Shown one piece after another: positions 1 to 13,510 of a stretch of 64,000 nucleotides of DNA. The stretch's first letter is position 1; each line of letters opens with the position of its first letter. The DNA is from an uncultured Candidatus Rokubacteria bacterium (GTDB lineage: Bacteria > Methylomirabilota > Methylomirabilia > Rokubacteriales > DASRDR01): contig CAWGVS010000007.1 of the NCBI GenBank assembly GCA_963826115.1, positions 145,074-209,073 on the forward strand, given 5' to 3'. The notes beneath the pieces were generated by a model. That model was not told where the DNA came from and ran no database searches. It worked only from the letters and a program-made list of their open reading frames with translations. The position numbers and the translations under genes are program-made.

Positions 1-602
1 CGAAGGAGGTACGCCGGATGGAAGGTCGGGATCACGACCGCCCCGCCCAGCTGGTGGAGCTGCCCCCGCAGGCGGCTGATCGGCTCACGCGTCCGCAGGA
101 TGTGCTGGGACGAGAACGTGCCGAGCGTGCAGATCACGCCGGGCTGGATGGCCGCCAGCTGGCCGGACAGATACGGCGCGCACGCCGCGATCTCCTCGGG
201 TTCGGGATTCCGGTTCCCGGGCGGCCGGCACTTCACGATGTTGCAGATGTAGACCTCGTCCCGCGTGATGCCGACCGACTCGAGCATCTTCGTGAGGAGC
301 TGCCCGGCGCGCCCCACGAAGGGCTTTCCCTGGCGGTCCTCCTCCTCGCCCGGCCCCTCACCGATGATCAGGAGCCGCGTCGCCGGGTCGCCGGAGCCGA
401 AGACGATCGTCGTCCGCCCCCGGGAGAGCTTGCACCGCGTGCAGCCCGCGCTGGCCTGCTCCACGCGGCGGAGGGCGGAGGACGCGTCCGCCGGCGGCTC
501 GCCGGCGAGCGCCAGGTCACGGACGCCGAGCGCCTGGTGGACGCGCAGGTGGTCGGCGAGGGCGCGGGCGGCGTCGGCGAGGCCGGCGGGGTCCGGCGTC
601 AC
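1..602 (-). CDS. udg: Uracil-DNA glycosylase family 4 (Fe-S), runs off the window edge
   Basis: Manual minus-strand translation from GTG at 602 (GTGA overlap with the coaBC stop): CTRCKL, GEGPGEEEDRQGKPFVGRAG, NIVKCRPPGNRNP, PTFHPAYLLR. Not in the ORF track because it is truncated. Confidence 0.92.
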   Translation of the reverse strand, partial: MTPDPAGLADAARALADHLRVHQALGVRDLALAGEPPADASSALRRVEQASAGCTRCKLSRGRTTIVFGSGDPATRLLIIGEGPGEEEDRQGKPFVGRAGQLLTKMLESVGITRDEVYICNIVKCRPPGNRNPEPEEIAACAPYLSGQLAAIQPGVICTLGTFSSQHILRTREPISRLRGQLHQLGGAVVIPTFHPAYLL

Positions 603-1825
603 GTGAGCCGCGCCTGGGGCTCCCGTGCGGCGTGCCGGAGCTCCTGGACCCGGTCGAGGATCCGGTCGGCGACCTCGGCCTTGCTCTGGCGCGGGACGAC
701 GACCGTCCCGCCCCAGCGGTCGAGGAGGACGACCTCGTTGTCAGGAGCGTCGAAGCCGATGTCGCTCCGGCTCACGTCGTTGGCGACGAGGAGGTCCACG
801 CCCTTGGCGACGAGCTTGGCCTGGGCGTGCGCGCGGAGCTCGTGGGTCTCCGCGGCGAACCCCACGAGGAATCGAGCGCCCTTCCGGCTCCCGAGCTCGC
901 GGAGGATGTCGGGCGTCGGGACGAGAGCGAGCGTGAGCCCTTGCTGCTTCGAGGGGATCTTCCCGGCCTCGGGGTGCGCCGCCTGGTAGTCCGCCACCGC
1001 CGCGGCCTTGATCACGATCGTGGCGGCCTCGGCCGCGTGGAGGACGGCGTCCCGCATCTCGAGGGCGGTCTGTACCGGGATGATCCGGACGCCGGCCGGC
1101 GGGGTGAGGTGGGTCGGCCCGGTGACGAGCGTCACCGACGCCCCGCGCCGCGCCGCCTGCGTCGCCAGCGCGTACCCCATGCGGCCGGACGAGCGATTGG
1201 TCAGGTAGCGCACGGGGTCCAGCGGCTCGCGCGTGGGGCCCGCCGTGACCAGGACATGCTCCCCCGCGAGGTCCCGCCGGGGCCAGAGAAGGCGCGCGGC
1301 CGCCTCGACGATCTCCTCGATCTCCGGGAACCGACCCTGGCCGGTGAGGCCGGAGGCGAGCGCCCCCGTCCCCGGCTCGAGCACGGTGGCGCCGCGGCTC
1401 CGCAGCGTCCCGACGTGCGCCTGCACGGCGGGGTGCTCCCACATCCCGCCGTCCATCGCCGGCGCGAAGAGCACGGGCCCGCGCATCGCGAGGAGGAGCG
1501 TGCCCAGGAAGTCGTCGGCGAGCCCGAGCGCGGCGCGCGCCAGCGCGTGCGCGGTGGCGGGCGCGACGAGCAGGAGGTCGGCCCGCTCGGCCAGCGCCAC
1601 GTGCTCCACGGCCGCGGGCTCCTGCGGGTCGAAGAGATCGGTCAGCACGGGCCGGCCCGAGAGCGTGCGGAACGTGAGCGGCGCCACGAACTCGCGGGCG
1701 TGGGCCGTCATCACGACGGTCACCTGCGCCTCCTGGCGCCGGAGCTCACGCAGGAGCAGCGCCGCCTTGTAGGCGGCGATGCTCCCGGTGACGGCGAGGA
1801 TCAGCTCGCGGCCCGCCAGCGTCAT
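599..1825 (-). CDS. coaBC: Bifunctional phosphopantothenoylcysteine decarboxylase/ligase
   Basis: VTGSIAAYKA, PAMDGGMW, TAGPTREPLDPVRYLTNRSSGRMG, VGFAAET; start at ATG 1825 (MTLAGRE). Confidence 0.97.
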   Translation of the reverse strand: MTLAGRELILAVTGSIAAYKAALLLRELRRQEAQVTVVMTAHAREFVAPLTFRTLSGRPVLTDLFDPQEPAAVEHVALAERADLLLVAPATAHALARAALGLADDFLGTLLLAMRGPVLFAPAMDGGMWEHPAVQAHVGTLRSRGATVLEPGTGALASGLTGQGRFPEIEEIVEAAARLLWPRRDLAGEHVLVTAGPTREPLDPVRYLTNRSSGRMGYALATQAARRGASVTLVTGPTHLTPPAGVRIIPVQTALEMRDAVLHAAEAATIVIKAAAVADYQAAHPEAGKIPSKQQGLTLALVPTPDILRELGSRKGARFLVGFAAETHELRAHAQAKLVAKGVDLLVANDVSRSDIGFDAPDNEVVLLDRWGGTVVVPRQSKAEVADRILDRVQELRHAAREPQARLT

Positions 1826-1854
1826 TCCGCGCCCCCCGGAGTGCCCGCCGGAGC

Positions 1855-2076
1855 TCAGGCCTGGGGCGCGGGCGCCTTCTCCGCCTCCTCGGGCTTCTTC
1901 GGCTGGATCTTCCCGCCGATGACCTCCTCGAGCGCGACGGAGGTCCACTTGCGGCGCTTCGTCTCGACCTGGGGCTGCGCCCCACGGTTGAGCTGTCGGC
2001 TCCGCTTCGCGGCGAGCACGACGAGCACGTAGCGGTTGGAGATCTGCTCGAGGGCCTTTTCCAGCGAGGGGAACAT
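1855..2076 (-). CDS. rpoZ: RNA polymerase omega subunit
   Basis: MFPSLEKALEQISNRYVLVVLAAKRSRQL...VALEEV; conserved gmk-rpoZ-coaBC order. Confidence 0.95.
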   Translation of the reverse strand: MFPSLEKALEQISNRYVLVVLAAKRSRQLNRGAQPQVETKRRKWTSVALEEVIGGKIQPKKPEEAEKAPAPQA

Positions 2077-2735
2077 CACGCGGTGCCTCCTGGGAGGGTC
2101 GCCTGGACCCCCCCGCCTGCCGGTAGGTCCGGCAGGCTCAGGGTGAGACGGGACGTCCGGCAGCGTTCGGCCTCGATGATGCAGCCCAGCTGCCGCAGCG
2201 CCTCGTCGAGATGACGGTTGACGATCACGTAGTCGTACTCGCGCCACGCGGCGATCTCGTCCACGGCGCGCGCGAGGCGCCGGGCGATCTCCCGGGGCGC
2301 GTCGGACTTCCGCTCCTTGAGCCGGGCCTCGAGCTCGCGCATCGTGGGCGCGACCACGAAGATGTAGAGGCCCTGCGGGTAGCGCGCGCGGAGCTGTCGG
2401 GCCCCCTGCGTATCGATGTCGAGCAGGATGTCCTCGCCGCGGTCGAGCACCGCCTCCAGCGTGCGGGCGGCGGTGCCGTAGAGGTGCCCGTGCACGCGCG
2501 CCCACTCCGCGAACTCGCCCCGGTCGACCATCTGCTGGAAGATCGGCTCGGAGACGAAATGGTACGCCTGCCCCTCGATCTCGCCCGGCCGCGGGCTCCG
2601 CGTCGTGTAGGAGACCGAGTAGGCCAGGTTGGCAACCGTCTTGCGGATCTGCTGACAGAGCGTGGTCTTCCCGGCCCCGGAGGGGGCCGAGACGACGATC
2701 AGCATGCCCCGGCGCGACGACGCGGCGGCAGTCAC
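2076..2735 (-). CDS. gmk: Guanylate kinase
   Basis: SAPSGAGKTT, SYTTRSPRPGEIEG, HGHLYGT, LLDIDTQGA; GTG start overlaps the yicC stop. Confidence 0.97.
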   Translation of the reverse strand: MTAAASSRRGMLIVVSAPSGAGKTTLCQQIRKTVANLAYSVSYTTRSPRPGEIEGQAYHFVSEPIFQQMVDRGEFAEWARVHGHLYGTAARTLEAVLDRGEDILLDIDTQGARQLRARYPQGLYIFVVAPTMRELEARLKERKSDAPREIARRLARAVDEIAAWREYDYVIVNRHLDEALRQLGCIIEAERCRTSRLTLSLPDLPAGGGVQATLPGGTA

Positions 2736-3616
2736 TCGACGTTCTGCACCTGTTCCCGGATGCGCTCCACCAGCGTCCGCGCCTCCAGGACGCGTGCGAC
2801 CAGCTCGGCGTCGTCCGCCTTCGACGCGATGGTGTTCACCTCGCGGTGGAGCTCCTGCGTCAGGAAGTCGAGCTGGCGGCCCACGGCGCCGCCCTCGGCG
2901 AGGAGCGTCCGGAACTGCGCCAGATGGGAGCCGAGGCGCGCCAGCTCCTCCGCGATGTCGCTCCGCGCGGCCCACGTCGCCACCTCCTGGGCGAGTCGCC
3001 CGGGGTCGACCGGCGTCTCGCCGAGGATCGCCTGGACACGCTCCCGGTGGCGGAGCTGGATGCGCGCGAGCGCGGCTGGAAGCAGCGTCTCGACGCCCCG
3101 AGCCCAGGCGCCGAGGGCGTCGACGTGCCCGCTCAGGTCGCGCGCCAGCGCCGCGCCCTCCGTCTGGCGCATCCGGCAGAGCTCGTCGAGCGCCTCGGCC
3201 GTCGCGGTCTTGAGAAGGATCGCCCCCTCGCCGTCGTCCTCATCGCTCTCCTCGACGGTCACGACACCGGGAAGTCGCAGGAGGTCCGAGACGGCAACGT
3301 CGGGCGCGAGGCCGGCCGCCTCGGCGAGCGCGCGCGCCCCACGCGCGTACGCGAGCCCGAGCCCGACGTCGGTCCGCACGTTGGGGAGCGCCGTCCCGGT
3401 GCGCCGGAGGGTCACCGTCACGTCGACGCGGCCGCGCGCCACCCGGCCCTGGACCAGACGGCGGAGATCCGGCTCGTTGGCGGTGAGCCCGCGGGGGAGC
3501 TTGACGCTGGGCTCGAAGAATCGGTGGTTGACCGAGCGAGCTTCCGCGACGATGGTGATGCGCGCACCCCGAGCCTCGGCCCGCCCGTACCCCGTCATGC
3601 TGACGACCAGGCCCAT
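2732..3616 (-). CDS. yicC: YicC/YloC family endoribonuclease
   Basis: SMTGYGR, RSVNHRF, GRQLDFLTQELHREVNTIASK, IREQVQNVE. Confidence 0.95.
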   Translation of the reverse strand: MGLVVSMTGYGRAEARGARITIVAEARSVNHRFFEPSVKLPRGLTANEPDLRRLVQGRVARGRVDVTVTLRRTGTALPNVRTDVGLGLAYARGARALAEAAGLAPDVAVSDLLRLPGVVTVEESDEDDGEGAILLKTATAEALDELCRMRQTEGAALARDLSGHVDALGAWARGVETLLPAALARIQLRHRERVQAILGETPVDPGRLAQEVATWAARSDIAEELARLGSHLAQFRTLLAEGGAVGRQLDFLTQELHREVNTIASKADDAELVARVLEARTLVERIREQVQNVE

Positions 3617-3629
3617 GAGAGTGCCTACG

Positions 3630-3659
3630 ATGCTAGCCGATGGCGTCCGGGAGTGTCAA
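3630..3659 (-). promoter_or_regulatory. Sigma70-type promoter for the yicC operon
   Basis: Minus strand TTGACA-18nt-TAGCAT, ending 13 nt upstream of the ATG. Confidence 0.65.
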
Positions 3660-3872
3660 ACACGCTCGGTTGGCGGATCGCGTGCCTCCATGGCAATAAA
3701 CATCAATAATGGTGCATCTTTACGGTCATGATCTCGGTGGCGTGGCGGCGGGCGGCACCCGCCCGGCGGACCCCGGGCTCGCGCGCTTCTTGCCAGATCG
3801 CCGCATTCTACGTTATTAGGAGGTGTTGCTTGGCACTACACAGACGGAGCGCGGGCCGCTCCGGGAGCGAGG

Positions 3873-4163
3873 ATGGGGAGCGAGTCCAGCGGTCGCCCGG
3901 TCCCTGAGAACCACCGGCAGTACGTCTGCCCGTCGTGCCATCTCCACCTCCTGTCGTGGACGCCGCACACGAACCAGGTGGAGATGTTCCACAAGGTCGC
4001 CCTGTGGTCGGACTTCTGGACGGGCGACGTGCGGCTCATCTGCCAGTACTGCCTGGGAGCGACCGAGATCCTGCCACCCCGGCTGGTCGACCTCCTGCGC
4101 CAGCGGTACGGCTTCCACATCCCCCAGCAGACGCCCGCGCCTCCCGGCACGCGCCGCGACTGA
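3873..4163 (+). CDS. Small hypothetical protein with two CxxC motifs (zinc-ribbon-like)
   Basis: 96 aa with CPSC...CQYC; composition looks like a real protein, unlike the overlapping Arg/Pro-rich frames. Confidence 0.65.
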   Translation: MGSESSGRPVPENHRQYVCPSCHLHLLSWTPHTNQVEMFHKVALWSDFWTGDVRLICQYCLGATEILPPRLVDLLRQRYGFHIPQQTPAPPGTRRD

Positions 4164-4195
4164 CAGAGCCGCGGCGGGCCGCCAGGCCCGCGGCG

Positions 4196-4225
4196 TTGAC
4201 AGGCTCGAAATCGCCCCGGTATAGT
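4196..4225 (+). promoter_or_regulatory. Sigma70 promoter for the ABC transporter operon
   Basis: TTGACA-18nt-TATAGT, then an AGGAGG RBS before ATG 4262. Confidence 0.75.
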
Positions 4226-4261
4226 CCCGGCTGCCGACGGCGAGACCCCGAGGAGGCGTCC

Positions 4262-5338
4262 ATGCACACCCACCGGCTCACACGCCGCGAGTTCCTCTCC
4301 GCGATGGGCACGCTGTCCGCTGCCGCCGCCCTGCCGAGGGTCGGTCGCGCGGAGCCGCGCCCGATCACCGTCTCCCACAGCATCTCGACCTTCGTCTACG
4401 CGCAGCACCTGATCGCGCGAGAGAAGGGCTTCTTCGAGGCGGAGGGGGTCAGCGCCGACAAGGGCTTCATCGTCCCCGGCGGGGGCGCCAAGGTCGTGCA
4501 GGCGCTCGCGGCGGGCCAGGCGATGTTCGCCCTCGGCGACTCGAACCACCCGCTGAAGATCAGCGAGAAGGGCAAGGAGGCGGTGATCCTCTTCGCCACC
4601 GACACGCGATGCTCCTACGCGAACATCGTGGCGCGGAAGGAGCTCTACGACGCCGGGCTCACCAGCATCGACAAGCTCGCCTCGATGAAGCGGCCCGGCG
4701 GCGGCAAGTGGGTGATCGCCGCGACCGCGATCGGCTCGGGCACGTGGGTCTACGGCACGCACATCCTCGGGAACCAGAAGGGCCCCGACGGGCGTCCGCT
4801 GAACGACCTGGTGGAGTGGGTGGGCGGCGGCGCGTCCACGACGATGCTGGGCGGGCTCAAGGCCGGGAAGTTCGACGCGATCATGGCCGTGCCCGAGTGG
4901 CTGTGGGCGGCGGAGGACCAGGGGTTCGGCGCGACGATCTACAACATCCTGGACGAGGCGGCGTGGAACCGCGTGTTCGGCGGCCCCCTGCCGGTCACCG
5001 TCGGGTTCTGCCTCCGCGAGACGATCGAGAAGAGCCCGGCCGTCGTCCAGGGGTACGTGAGCGCCTGCTATCGGGCGCAGCGGTGGATCCAGAAGGCGGC
5101 CGACGGCGAGATCCTCGAGGCCATCCACAAGCCTTACATGGACACCTTCTCGAAGGAGGAGGTCCTCAAGTCCATCCGCTACTACAAGGGCATCTTCGAC
5201 TGGGACTTCCTGGTCGACGAGAAGCAGTACGACGAGGCGGTGAAGATCTTCCTCGCGACGAAGGTCCTGGACGCGCCCATCCCGTTCCAGAAGGCCGTCG
5301 ACATGTCCTTCGTCCGGAAGGCGTCCCAGCGATCGTAG
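4262..5338 (+). CDS. ABC transporter substrate-binding protein, SsuA/NMT1/THI5 type, Tat-exported
   Basis: Tat signal TRREFL; AREKGFFEAEG, GGGAKVVQAL; followed by ATPase and permease genes. Confidence 0.88.
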   Translation: MHTHRLTRREFLSAMGTLSAAAALPRVGRAEPRPITVSHSISTFVYAQHLIAREKGFFEAEGVSADKGFIVPGGGAKVVQALAAGQAMFALGDSNHPLKISEKGKEAVILFATDTRCSYANIVARKELYDAGLTSIDKLASMKRPGGGKWVIAATAIGSGTWVYGTHILGNQKGPDGRPLNDLVEWVGGGASTTMLGGLKAGKFDAIMAVPEWLWAAEDQGFGATIYNILDEAAWNRVFGGPLPVTVGFCLRETIEKSPAVVQGYVSACYRAQRWIQKAADGEILEAIHKPYMDTFSKEEVLKSIRYYKGIFDWDFLVDEKQYDEAVKIFLATKVLDAPIPFQKAVDMSFVRKASQRS

Positions 5339-6150
5339 ACGCGCCGCCGCGCGTCCGCGTCGAGGTCCGCGACCTCGAGAAGACCTTCGCGGCGCGCGGG
5401 CGGGCCGTCCGCGCCGTCGAGCGCGTCTCGTTCGACGTCCTCGACCGGGAGTTCGTCGCCCTGGTCGGACCCTCCGGCTGCGGCAAGTCCACCGTCCTCA
5501 ACATGATCGCGGGCCTCGTCGCGCCGACGGGCGGCGCGATCCGGCTGGACGGGCGTGCGCACGAGGGCGTGCCGCCGGAAGTCGGGTACGTGTTCCAGAA
5601 GGACACCGTCTTCCCCTGGCGCACCGTCGCCCAGAACGTCGAGCTGGGGCTGGCGTACCGTGGCGTCCCGCGCGCCGAGCGCGAGCGGCGGGTCCGGGAG
5701 GCGATCCGCCTGGCGGGGCTCGAGGGGTTCGAGGACGCGTTCCCGGCGACCCTGTCGGGGGGCATGCGCCAGCGCGTGGCGCTGATCCGCACGCTCGTGG
5801 TGGAGCCCGCGATCCTCCTGATGGACGAGCCGTTCGGGGCCCTCGACACCCACACCAAGCTGCGGCTCCAGGCGCAGCTCCTGGCGCTCTGGGCCGGGCG
5901 GCGGCAGACGGTCGTCTTCGTGACGCACGACCTGGCGGAGGCGATCACGCTGGCCGACCGGATCATCGTCCTGACGAGCCGCCCCGGGCGCGTCAAGCAC
6001 GTGCACCAGGTGAAGCTGCCGCGCCCCCGCGACGTCTTCCGCATCCGCGAGACGGACGAGTACGCCCGCGAGTTCGGAGCGCTCTGGCACGTGCTCGGCG
6101 AGGAGCTCGCGAAACCGGAGGCGCGCGACGAGCCCCGGGGGGCGGCGTGA
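5335..6150 (+). CDS. ABC transporter ATP-binding protein (SsuB/TauB-like); start codon unclear
   Basis: GPSGCGKST, LSGGMRQR, LLMDEPFGALD, VTHD. Confidence 0.92.
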   Translation, partial: VDAPPRVRVEVRDLEKTFAARGRAVRAVERVSFDVLDREFVALVGPSGCGKSTVLNMIAGLVAPTGGAIRLDGRAHEGVPPEVGYVFQKDTVFPWRTVAQNVELGLAYRGVPRAERERRVREAIRLAGLEGFEDAFPATLSGGMRQRVALIRTLVVEPAILLMDEPFGALDTHTKLRLQAQLLALWAGRRQTVVFVTHDLAEAITLADRIIVLTSRPGRVKHVHQVKLPRPRDVFRIRETDEYAREFGALWHVLGEELAKPEARDEPRGAA

Positions 6151-6965
6151 GCGACCGCGCGCGCGTGAATCTGTGGCGGCTCGCGATCCTGGTCGTGTTC
6201 CTGGGCCTGTGGGAAGGACTGACCCACCCGGCGGTCACGAAGTCGGTTTCCCGGATGGTCTACTTCGTGGACCCTTTCTTCATCAGCCGCCCGTCGGCGA
6301 TCTGGGCCCGGTTCTGGCACCTGAACTCCGGCGCCGTCCGGGTACCGCTCTGGCGCCTCCTGGGCTCCACCCTCGAGTCCACGGTGCTCGGGTTCGTCGT
6401 GGGCGTCGCGAGCGGATTCGTGGCGGGCCTGGTGCTCGGACGGAACGGCCGGCTGGCCGCGGTCCTCCACCCCTACATCGTGGCGTTCAACTCGCTGCCC
6501 CGGATCGCGCTGGTGCCGCTCGTCACGATGGTCTTCGGCTTCGGGCTCCTCGCCAAGGTGGTGCTCGCCTGGCTGATCGTCTTCTTCATCGTGTTCTTCA
6601 ACACGTTCCAGGGCGCCCGCGGGGTGGACCCGGACCTCATCCACGCCGCGCGTTTCCTGGGCGCCTCCGAGCGCCAGGTGATGCGGTCCGTGATCGTGCC
6701 GTCGGCGCTCGCCTGGACGTTCGCCTCCCTCACGCCGTCGGTGTCGTTCGCGCTGATCGGCGTCGTGATCGGCGAGTTCATCGGTGGGGAGTCGGGAGGC
6801 GGCATCGGCTACCTCATCATCGCCTCCCTCGGCAGCCTGAACGCCGCCGACATGATGGTGGCGCTCTTCGTGCTCGGCCTGACCGGCATCGTCCTCGCGC
6901 TCGGCATCCACCAGGTCGAGGCGCGCCTCCTCCGCTGGCGCCCCGAGCACCAGGCGCGTGGCTGA
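6147..6965 (+). CDS. ABC transporter permease (SsuC/TauC-like)
   Basis: Hydrophobic; NSLPRIALVPL, EAA-like loop IHAARFLGAS, VIGEFIG. Confidence 0.92.
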   Translation: MSDRARVNLWRLAILVVFLGLWEGLTHPAVTKSVSRMVYFVDPFFISRPSAIWARFWHLNSGAVRVPLWRLLGSTLESTVLGFVVGVASGFVAGLVLGRNGRLAAVLHPYIVAFNSLPRIALVPLVTMVFGFGLLAKVVLAWLIVFFIVFFNTFQGARGVDPDLIHAARFLGASERQVMRSVIVPSALAWTFASLTPSVSFALIGVVIGEFIGGESGGGIGYLIIASLGSLNAADMMVALFVLGLTGIVLALGIHQVEARLLRWRPEHQARG

Positions 6966-9651
6966 GGCGCGGCGGCCCGCGCCGGACGCGGGCCCGCCGG
7001 CGCGCGGCGCGCCGCCCGGGCCAGGCCTCGCACGGGGTGTCCGGCAGAGCGTGCTGGTCGTCTTGCTCCTCGTCGGGCTGGCGATCGTCCTCACCTGGCC
7101 CGTCGCGGCGCGCCTCGGCGACGGCGTCGCCGACCTCGGGGATCCCCTGCTGACGACGTGGATCCTGGCGTGGGACGTCCACGCGCTGGCGAGCGCGCCC
7201 CTCCGCTTCTTCGACGCGAACATGCTCTACCCGCGGCGCCAGGCGCTCGCCTACACCGAGCACCTCGTGGGGCTCGTGCCGCTGGCCGCCCCCGCGCGCC
7301 TCCTCGGCGCGCCGCCCCTGCTCGCTCACAACCTGGTCTGGCTGGCGACGTTCCCCCTGACCGGCCTCACGATGTTCTGGCTCGTCCGGCACCTGACGGG
7401 CGCGGCGGGGCCGGCCGCGGTGGCCGCGGTGCTCTACGCCTTCTCCCACTTCCGCTTCGGCCAGCTGGGCCACGTCCAGGTGCTGAGCCATCAGTGGCTC
7501 CCCCTCCTGCTCCTCGGCCTCCATCGCGCCGCGCGGAGCGGCGGCCGATGGCGGGACGTCGGGCTCGCGGCGGGCGCGTTCGCGCTCCAGGCGCTGTCGT
7601 CGGGCTACCAGGCCTTCTTCGCGGCGATCGCGGGCGGCCTCTTCGTGGCGTGGCTCGCCGGGCCGTCCACGCGGCCGCCGCTCGGTCGCCTCGCCGCCCG
7701 CGGCGCGATCGCCGGCGCCGTGGTCGCGCTGGTGCTCCTGCCCTTCTTCCTGCCGTACCGCGCGTCACGCGAGGAGATCGCGCGCGCCCGGAACCCGCGG
7801 GAGATCGAGTACTACATGGCGTGGCCGGCCGCCTACCTGGCGGCGCCGGTGGACAACCGGTGGCTCGGCGACGCCACGGCCCCCTTCCGGCGGCGCGAGG
7901 CGGTCCTGTTCCCGGGCGTGGTGGCGCTCGCGCTCGCCCTCGCGGGCGCGACCCTGGCGGGACGGCCGCGGCGGGAGGCCGCGCCGCGCGCCCCGGCGCC
8001 CGGCGGGCGCTGGCCCGTGGCGCTCGACGTGGCGCTGAGCGTCGTCACGCTCGTGACCCTCGCCAACTGGCTCCTCGTCGGCGGGATCGCCGTGCGCCTG
8101 GGTCCGCTCCGCGTCTCGCAGCGCAGCTTCGGCTGGGCCTTCGCGGCGCTCGCCCTCGCGTTCCTCGCGCGGCGGATCGTCCGGGGCGGGCCGGCGCCGG
8201 TCCGCGGGCTCGGCTGGCTCCGACGGCTCGCGTGGCCCGAGGCCCGCGGCTACTACGTCGCGCTCGTGCTCGTCGGCGTGCTCGCGTCCTTCGGGCCGTG
8301 GCTCGACCTCGGCGCGCACCGCGTCCAGCCGCTCTACCAGCAGCTCCGCGCGATCCTGCCGGGCTTCGACGCCCTCCGCGTCCCCGGACGCTTCGGGGTC
8401 CTGGTGACGACCGGGCTCGCGGTCCTGGCGGGGCTCGGCGCCGCCGCGCTCGTGCGACGGATTCCCCGGCCGGTGGCGCGGGCCGCCGCGCTCGCGGCGG
8501 TCGGCGTCCTGGCCGCGCTCGAAGCGTGGGCGACGCCGCTCCCCCTGGTGAGCGTGGCGACCGAGCCGGGACCGGTCGACCGCTGGCTCGCCGCCCGGCC
8601 GGGCCCGGACGCGGTGGCGGTGCTCCCGATGTACGAGCCGCACGCCGTCCACCTCGAGAGCGTGAGGCTCTTCGCCTCGACCGCGCACTGGCATCCGCTG
8701 GTGAACGGCTACGCCGGCGTCCTGCCGCCGGGGTACGCGGAGGACGCGGAGATCCTGAACACCTTCCCGTCGCCGGCCGCCGTCGCGCGGCTCCGCGAGC
8801 TCCGCGTGCGCTACGTGGTCGTGTACCTCGGCCAGTACCGGGAGGAGGTGCGCCCGGAGCTCGACGCCGCCCTCCAGGCGCTCCCCGCGGGAGTGACCCG
8901 CGTGGCAAGCTTCGAGCAGGCGCGGATCTACGAGATCGGCCCCGCGGGGCCGCGCGCGTCAGGCGACGCGGGTGGTGCGGACGAAGGCCCGCGACCGCGC
9001 CAGCGCGTCGGAGTCGGCGAGCCCGGCCGCCTCCAGCGCGTCGAAGCAGTCGGAGATCGTGAGCACGGCGTGGAGCCGGTAACCCTTCTGGGCGAGCCGC
9101 TCACGCGCGCCCTGCTCCCGATCGATCAGGACCACCAGGTCCTCCACCACGAGGCCGGCGGCCTCGAGCGGCGCGATCGCCTCGAGCTTCGACGCGCCGT
9201 CGGTGACGATGTCGTCGATCACCACGACGCGCTCGCCGGCCTGGAACGTCCCCTCGATCCGTCGTCGGGTGCCGTACGCCTTCTCCTCGCGCCGCGGGTA
9301 GACGAGCGGCACGCCGCCCGCCAGGCTCGCGGCCACCGCCAGCGGCAGCCCCGCGTACGGGATGCCCGCGATCCGGTCCACCCGACAGCGCGCGACCGCG
9401 GCAGCGAGGAGGCGGCCGACCTGGCCCAGCACGTCCGGATGCGAGATCACGACCCGCAGATCGATGTAGAAGGGCGAGGTCATCCCGGACTTCAGCACGA
9501 ACTCGCCGAAGCGGACGCCGCCGATCTCGTGGAGCCGGCGCACGAGCGCGGCCGCGCCGGAGTCGCTCACGCGCCGAGCTCGGCGAGGATCGCGGCCGCC
9601 GCGGCGGCCGGGTCGGCGGCGCCGGTGATCGGCCGGCCCACGACCAGGTAG
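6958..9651 (+). CDS. Polytopic membrane protein, GT-C/YfhO-like glycosyltransferase fold; protein-like sequence ends near 8960
   Basis: [42 protein letters not shown]; many TM segments. The last 230 or so codons are antisense to pyrE. Confidence 0.65.
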   Translation: MAEARRPAPDAGPPARGAPPGPGLARGVRQSVLVVLLLVGLAIVLTWPVAARLGDGVADLGDPLLTTWILAWDVHALASAPLRFFDANMLYPRRQALAYTEHLVGLVPLAAPARLLGAPPLLAHNLVWLATFPLTGLTMFWLVRHLTGAAGPAAVAAVLYAFSHFRFGQLGHVQVLSHQWLPLLLLGLHRAARSGGRWRDVGLAAGAFALQALSSGYQAFFAAIAGGLFVAWLAGPSTRPPLGRLAARGAIAGAVVALVLLPFFLPYRASREEIARARNPREIEYYMAWPAAYLAAPVDNRWLGDATAPFRRREAVLFPGVVALALALAGATLAGRPRREAAPRAPAPGGRWPVALDVALSVVTLVTLANWLLVGGIAVRLGPLRVSQRSFGWAFAALALAFLARRIVRGGPAPVRGLGWLRRLAWPEARGYYVALVLVGVLASFGPWLDLGAHRVQPLYQQLRAILPGFDALRVPGRFGVLVTTGLAVLAGLGAAALVRRIPRPVARAAALAAVGVLAALEAWATPLPLVSVATEPGPVDRWLAARPGPDAVAVLPMYEPHAVHLESVRLFASTAHWHPLVNGYAGVLPPGYAEDAEILNTFPSPAAVARLRELRVRYVVVYLGQYREEVRPELDAALQALPAGVTRVASFEQARIYEIGPAGPRASGDAGGADEGPRPRQRVGVGEPGRLQRVEAVGDREHGVEPVTLLGEPLTRALLPIDQDHQVLHHEAGGLERRDRLELRRAVGDDVVDHHDALAGLERPLDPSSGAVRLLLAPRVDERHAARQARGHRQRQPRVRDARDPVHPTARDRGSEEAADLAQHVRMRDHDPQIDVEGRGHPGLQHELAEADAADLVEPAHERGRAGVAHAPSSARIAAAAAAGSAAPVIGRPTTR
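8959..9570 (-). CDS. pyrE: Orotate phosphoribosyltransferase
   Basis: [39 protein letters not shown]; GTG start coupled to pyrF. Confidence 0.95.
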   Translation of the reverse strand: MSDSGAAALVRRLHEIGGVRFGEFVLKSGMTSPFYIDLRVVISHPDVLGQVGRLLAAAVARCRVDRIAGIPYAGLPLAVAASLAGGVPLVYPRREEKAYGTRRRIEGTFQAGERVVVIDDIVTDGASKLEAIAPLEAAGLVVEDLVVLIDREQGARERLAQKGYRLHAVLTISDCFDALEAAGLADSDALARSRAFVRTTRVA

Positions 9652-10297
9652 TCGGCGCCGGCCCGCGCCGCCGCCGCGGGCGTGGCGATCCGGGCCTGGT
9701 CGTCCGCGCCGGCGGCCGGGAGTCGGATCCCCGGCGTGACGATCAGCGCCGCCGGCCCGAGGGCGGCCCGCAGGCGCGCCGCCTCGCGGGGCGAGGCCAC
9801 CACGCCGTCGCACCCGGCGGCGCGCGCCAGGCCCGCGAGGTGCACCGCGTGCCCCTCCACGCTCATGGGGACGCCCAGCTCCCGGTGGAGCGCCGCGCGG
9901 TCGAGGCTCGTCAGGACCGTCACCGCCACGATCCGTGGCCGCTCCGCGCCGGCGGCCTGCGCGGCCTTCGCCGCCGCCGCCAGCATCGCGCTGCCGCCCG
10001 CCGCGTGGACGGTCAGGAGCCCGACGCCGAGCCGCGTCGCCGCCTCCACCGCGCCGGCCACCGTCGCCGGGATGTCGTGGTACTTGAGGTCCAGGAAGAC
10101 GCGACTGCCGCGCTTCCGGACCATCTCCACCGCGGCAGGGCCGGCGGCGGTGAAGAGCACGCTCCCCACCTTGAAGTGCGTCGCCACGCCGGCGAGGCGC
10201 TCCACGAGCGCCTCCGCCGCGGCGAGGTCGACCGTGTCGAGGGCGACGATCAGCCGGTCGCGCGCCGCACGCGCTGCGGGGCCCGCTCCGCCGCCGC

Positions 10298-10301
<4 letters not shown>
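9567..10301 (-). CDS. pyrF: Orotidine-5'-phosphate decarboxylase
   Basis: [37 protein letters not shown]. Confidence 0.96.

Positions 10302-13510
<3,209 letters not shown>

Noticed and set aside
3823-4224. 133-aa ORF next to a strong AGGAGGT
   Set aside because: The GTG overlaps the SD itself and the product is low-complexity; the 3873 frame is more protein-like.
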